Shown: positions 58,578 to 64,000 of the stretch, one piece after another | Position numbering within the stretch: the first letter of the stretch is position 1 | Layout of the letters: each line of letters begins with the position of its first letter | Assembly: GCA_030770535.1 (NCBI GenBank) | Contig: JASVEC010000015.1 | Location: forward strand, 372,001 to 436,000 | DNA length: 64,000 nucleotides | From: Batkoa obscura | Lineage: Eukaryota | Direction of reading: 5' to 3' | Made by a program: the position numbers and the translations under genes | The notes under the pieces: model-generated | The model's input: only the letters and a program-made list of their open reading frames with translations | Told to the model about the DNA's origin: nothing | Database searches by the model: none

Positions 58578-60411
58578 ATATTGAAATAAAGAAATACCCA
58601 ATCTTCTGACCCAGAAGATGACAACTCATTTGACTATTTTTGTAGTATACTAAAAAGTGTATAATAATGTCTACATCTGAAAGTAGATGGATGGATGAAG
58701 CGATGATCATTTCACTTAGATACACTCGTTTAGATTGATTTATTTATATCAATTTCTAAAAAGCAATAAATACTACAAATAATCTTAGCTATCAATACTT
58801 TACTATTATATCTAAAAGTGAAAAAATACACAAAGTATTTAATAAATATTTATTTAAAAGATTAAAGGAAGTCAAGTATAAACCTTATTAACTCTAAATC
58901 ATTAGTTTCAAAGTAATAGGCAAGTCTTATGAAATTCTCAATTGAGAGGTCGTACATAATTCGAAGGGTTTAATACAAGTTATATGAAATATGGAATGAT
59001 ACAGTGTATTAACAAGTAAAAATTGATAGAAACAGCACTTAAGCTATTAATAAACTATGAATAAAATTTACAAAATCGAAAGTTGTTAAGTATTTAATAG
59101 TTTTAAATTCAGTTTTTTGGATTTATAGCCTGGGATTATATTTCAAAGCATTGCCAATTTACAAAGTTACAAGGTTTAACTTAATAGTTTCAATTAAATT
59201 TGTATATGAAATTTTAATTTATGGTCAAAATCTATTCATTAGATAGCGTAAACTGCTACTTTTAGTAGCCTAAAGGAAGTCAAAATGACAAAATTTCTCA
59301 AGATCAATAAATTGTTATTAAAACAGGCTATATATAGATTTGATAAAACTAAAATAATTTATGAATCTTGTAAGGATATAATTTGATCATAAATATGTGT
59401 GTAGAAATCAATCTACAAGGATTTGCTAAGATCAAGTTCAATAAAAAATGAAGTTTTGCCGAAAATTATAGAGTCAAATGATAGAAAAATAGTCTGTTGC
59501 TATGCAGTTGTAAGCTGCCACCATCATATATATACGTGTTGAAAATATAATATTAGGATATTAAGTCTGAACCTAAAACATTTTATTTTATATACATTAT
59601 CGAAATAATAGCCAAATACTAATTCATGTAGTTATGACTACTATAAACAAAGGTCAAAACATGTTTTTATATAGAATTTAATAATTTAGTGGCAAACATA
59701 AAAAAATACTAAGCAACAGTAATTAAACTCAATAAAAATTCTATTATTTATTATATAGGATTTTAATACAAATGAAACATCGAATTTATGAATTTAAGAC
59801 AAGTAAACTATATGCTATGGTAATAAATATTTTAATATTTAGAAAGCTATGGGTTAAAGATATGAATTAATAAAGTAACAAAAGGACGACAAAATAACAA
59901 TTATTTACTTTATAGTTGTATTTTAAATATAAAGTTTTCTATAAAAAAAACTGGAGGATATTATCTAAATTCAATTTAAAGTAATAATACAACTCTAATC
60001 AAGTTTGTGGTTTCATTTGAAATTGAGTCCACTTGAATTTAATTTAAAAATGTGATTATAAAATTATATTAGTCCTAACATAAATAAAGATGAATTTAAA
60101 AACAATTTAAACCTTCACAAGCTAAATTAAAAAATTTGATTTTTTGTGTTTAGATCAAAATAAGCTAGTGATTGAATTTTGAATTGAGATCAAAATCTTA
60201 CTACCATTTTTGAAGCACATTGTATGGAACCATAACTGAGTAATAACCTAATACGTTTAATATACACTTTCTTGACTTACATTTTATTAACTGAGTTATA
60301 ACATAATTGAGCAATTGTAATAGAAAGAGCCTCAGTAAAATAGTACTCATATTTCTAAAATTCAACTCGTTCGTTTCATTAAATTGGCTAATTAAAAAAC
60401 TATTAAGATAT

Positions 60412-60507
60412 GGGAATATATTTTTTGTTTAAGAATTTTACTAAAAACCTTTCCATTCAAATAACGCTTAAAAAATGGAAAAAGTAATGAAATAAAAAAA
60501 TATCCCC
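60412..60507 (+). mobile_element. MITE copy
   Basis: ATAT|GGGAATA...TATCCCC|ATAT. Confidence 0.88.
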
Positions 60508-61588
60508 ATATTCATTAAATTAATAGCTCAACTTTAAATTATTGTACCATGTTTTTTATAAACATTAAATAATATAACTTTATTGATATAATCAAGATGT
60601 AATTATAACTCAATTGTTTTATGTAAAAAACTTCAAGGATTTGCATATATTTAATAAATTCAATAAATTGAAAAATCTATTATTGATTAATTTATTAATA
60701 TTATTAGGCTATGAATTAGTTGTATCTATAAGGACTTACTTCAGACAAAGTTACAATTGTATCTTTATCACCATTATTCAAAAGCTATGTTGATCAGGCC
60801 ATAAGTGATAGAAATATAATGTTGAAATATTATACATCGATTCTTTTTTACATCTTAACATATTTAACAAATAATTAAATAACTATCGAAACAATTTTGA
60901 ATCTTATTCTTTGTATATTAATAAATATACTCCAGATATATCAGTTGTTATTATATCCATTTCTAAAATTCAAGTTAAAATCTAAAAACAAGATCAATAT
61001 TTCTATGATAATATAATGATAAATCAAAATTAATATCATATCAAGGGACAACGTCACTGCAAAACGAATGGAAAATAGAATAAGACTAACTTTTTGAACT
61101 TAAAATTGACTTGATGAATTTTATTAATTTAATTGATAAGTGGTACTATTACTTGAATGTAAATTATAACAAAATTATCAATTTTGTAAATTTAATATCC
61201 TCAAATTTATAAGACTGATTTTAGTATGTTATTTAAACATTTCAAATCTTCTGAATGACTTATTTCTTTAGTATTGATTAATACACTGGGGTATTTCATT
61301 ATAAAATGCCATTAGACTTTAGACTTTCATAAAGTGTAGATGTTGACTAAACGAACACAAATTGAAATAATTTTACTTTTAAAACATGATTTTACCTCTA
61401 TTAGTAAATCTTCTAGGATTTGGAACAAATCGTTTAAAAAGCTGCTATTGTGATTTGATAAATATTCATAACACATACAAATAAAACGACTTTAAATAAT
61501 CCTGTTCCCTCATTATTACTTACTGACAGTTTCTATATTCATTTGGTATTTTCTTCATTGAAGAAGGGTTACAAATGCTATTCTCTAT

Positions 61589-61641
61589 CAATAATGATAA
61601 TAAATAAATGATAATAAATAAATGATAATAATAGTAATAAT
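61589..61641. repeat. AT-rich tandem repeat
   Basis: AATGATAATAAATA-type units, about 3 copies. Confidence 0.7.
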
Positions 61642-62833
61642 GTATTTAGTTTACTTACCAAGTGTGTCTTGACTTAAGGAATTTATGTAACTATCTGGAT
61701 TCTCAAGCATCTTAACTCCTAATTAATAACCATAGATAAAATTAATAAAAAAACGTTATAATTAAACCAGGTTACTTTCTTTGGCCGTATTTGATCTTTC
61801 GCCTTAGAAAATGAGTCTAGAACAACATTAATAAAGCCTATTATACAAAGAATTACTCTTTTCTTGTAATGCTTTTTATAGTGAGCCTAACTTTTCAATA
61901 ATTGAAAAAAATTGAGGTAGCCTTAAAATGAAATTTCATTTCATTTCAACATAAAATTGAGTTGATTTATTTTATCATGATATTTTTTACTAATATCAAT
62001 TCCAAGTATCAACCAAAAGTTTAAAAATAATATCGCACTTTTACATAAATTACCATATAAATATGTTATATTACTACATGCATATAAAATTAGTTTATCT
62101 GAGTATGAGGCTATGGTTTTTTATTTACTTTAAATTTATCTTATGTCTAGTGCGACTTCACCCTACTTTTTAATTTGGCTAATTTTTTCACATAACTCTA
62201 AACTCAACTTTCTTACAATTGGATCCATTATTTAGCATTGTTACTTTAATTCTATTTGATATTAAAAAATAACTACTTCATTCAGTATTAATCTACATAT
62301 GGTATCGTTCAATTCTTTTATATAGGCCAATATCAAAACTTCTTTTCCATTTATTATCTCTTTGATTCAAAATAAGACATCTTTATTAATATTGCAAGAA
62401 ATGAATTTACAAACAAGCCAATACGTCTAACTTTTCTTACATTTGCATTACTATGCTTGATCTTTAATAGTCAGCCAAGTTCCTTGAAATTATAATCTGT
62501 TGAATTTTATCCAATGTTATTGACTGATTATGAAGTAGTATATCTACAAAAACAAACAACTATTCAGCTATGGTAAATGAAATGTTTGCTTCTTGATTTA
62601 ATCAAATTATATACATGACTCTCAGTAACCCTTTCCTTTTTTACTACTTTTATCTTAAGTTTATAAATAGCTGCACTTGAATTTTGTTTTATTTGGTCCT
62701 CTATTATACCCTTTTTTTTAAAGTCTCCTTGTTTTTATTTCTTTTTACTTTTTGTCATTTTTTATAGAATAAAATTGATTAAAAAATAATATATGAATAG
62801 TTTTGAAAAAAAAAATTGACTTTTTAAATTAAA

Positions 62834-63600
62834 ATGACAAATCAAACTGAAAATGAAATACCAAACTTTAGTTTAATAACTGCTGTAACAAAAGAAAGGG
62901 GTATTGGATATCAGGGGGATCTTCCATGGATTAAAACACCTATTCGTACGGATATGATGTTCTATGAGAAAGTAACAAGGCACTTAAATGTTAATCAAGA
63001 TAAACCTTTTGAAACAAGTGAAATCAACGATACAGTTAATAATGTAGTAATTATGGGAAGAGTATCTTGGGAATGTGTACCAATAAAATATAGACCATTC
63101 AGAAATCGTATTAATATCATTGTATCAAGGAACAAAGATTTAAATTTGTAATAATTATTAATTAAGTTTGATAAAATAATGTTAACAATTTATTTTATAG
63201 AGAAATGAGTGATGAAAAGTTAAAACAATATACTCATATAGTACACTCTTTAGAAGATGGATTAATATTGGCAAAAAAGCTAACAAAAAATGGCTCAGTT
63301 TTTGTTATTGGTGGTAGTCAACTTTATACTCAAGCTATTCAACATCCAAAATGTACTAAGTGGTTTATTACCGAGCTGTTTGACCACCCAGAATTACTTT
63401 GTGATACCTTCTTTCCAGAATATCAAGCTATAAAATCATCCAAAAAAGATATAACTATTGAAGCATGGGAATGGTTAAATAGATTCAAAAGTAAAAGAGT
63501 GCTTCCAGCTTTAAAAAAGTTAGAAAACGGTGAAGTATATGTTTGTGAAAATGATATTAGTTATAAGTTCTTTTTATTTGAAAATAATTATATTGAATAA
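62834..63600 (+). CDS. DFR1: Dihydrofolate reductase, 2 exons
   Basis: GIGYQGDLPW, NVVIMGRVSWE, RPFRNRINIIVSR, VFVIGGSQLY, CDTFFP; intron 63148-63200 joins the two track ORFs in frame. Confidence 0.95.
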
Positions 63601-63618
63601 AGTTTATAAATAATATAT

Positions 63619-63715
63619 GAGGGTGTTCTTTTGGTTTCATTATTTTTCCATTTTTTAAGTGCTATTTGAGTGCAAAGATTGTTTGTACAACTCTTAAACA
63701 AAAAAATATATCTCC
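63619..63715 (-). mobile_element. MITE copy, 18 bp downstream of the DHFR stop
   Basis: ATAT|GAGGGTG...TATCTCC|ATAT. Confidence 0.88.
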
Positions 63716-64000
63716 ATATAGTAATAAATAGAAGTAGTACAGTTATTAGATCCTATAATCAAGTTTTTTTTAACTCATAATCCTAGACTGTATTAAATTT
63801 TTGTATTTTTATTATTGGTTTTGATACAATTAAGAAAGTTTTTAAAGTTGAAATTTAAACACATAGTATAATTATTAAATTATATGGTGAATAATATTGA
63901 GTTTAAACATAAAATATTATACTATCAATTATATTAAATAGCCTTGAAAGTTATTTTATTTATTAAAAATACAAATATAAATACAAATACAACCGTGTTA

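Noticed and set aside
58600..62650. Possible decayed genes or transposase fragments
   Set aside because: The frames I sampled were riddled with stops and had no motif I can name

Overview
AT-rich eukaryotic DNA with short GT-AG introns. The gene content (GPI-type chitin deacetylase, GDP-fucose synthase, divergent F-box/LRR, PPR protein) suggests an early-diverging fungus (inference). Host genes: aquaglyceroporin (truncated by the window edge), CE4 deacetylase, GT-A-like glycosyltransferase, four calmodulin-like EF-hand genes, a short Ima1_N protein, PPR protein, Scy1/SCYL-type pseudokinase, cytochrome P450, GDP-L-fucose synthase, a coiled-coil orphan, purine nucleoside phosphorylase, F-box/LRR, RasGEF-like protein and DHFR. 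The main result is a linked set of mobile elements. (i) About 30 copies of a ~99-bp MITE with GRG...CYC termini and 4-bp AT-rich TSDs. (ii) A 2.44-kb Sola-like DDD transposon (55467-57905) with matching termini and an ATAT TSD, the probable partner family of the MITE; its transposase has an in-frame premature TAA. (iii) An intact, very young Ty3/gypsy element (47513-55164) with 468-bp LTRs identical by eye, a 4-bp GGGA TSD, a -1 frameshift site and a catalytically degenerate dUTPase-like domain, inserted inside the TIR of one MITE copy. Two homologous, decayed copies of an unrecognised Gly/Ser/Asn-rich gene are also present. All calls were made by eye with no database searches; degenerate-repeat boundaries are approximate.
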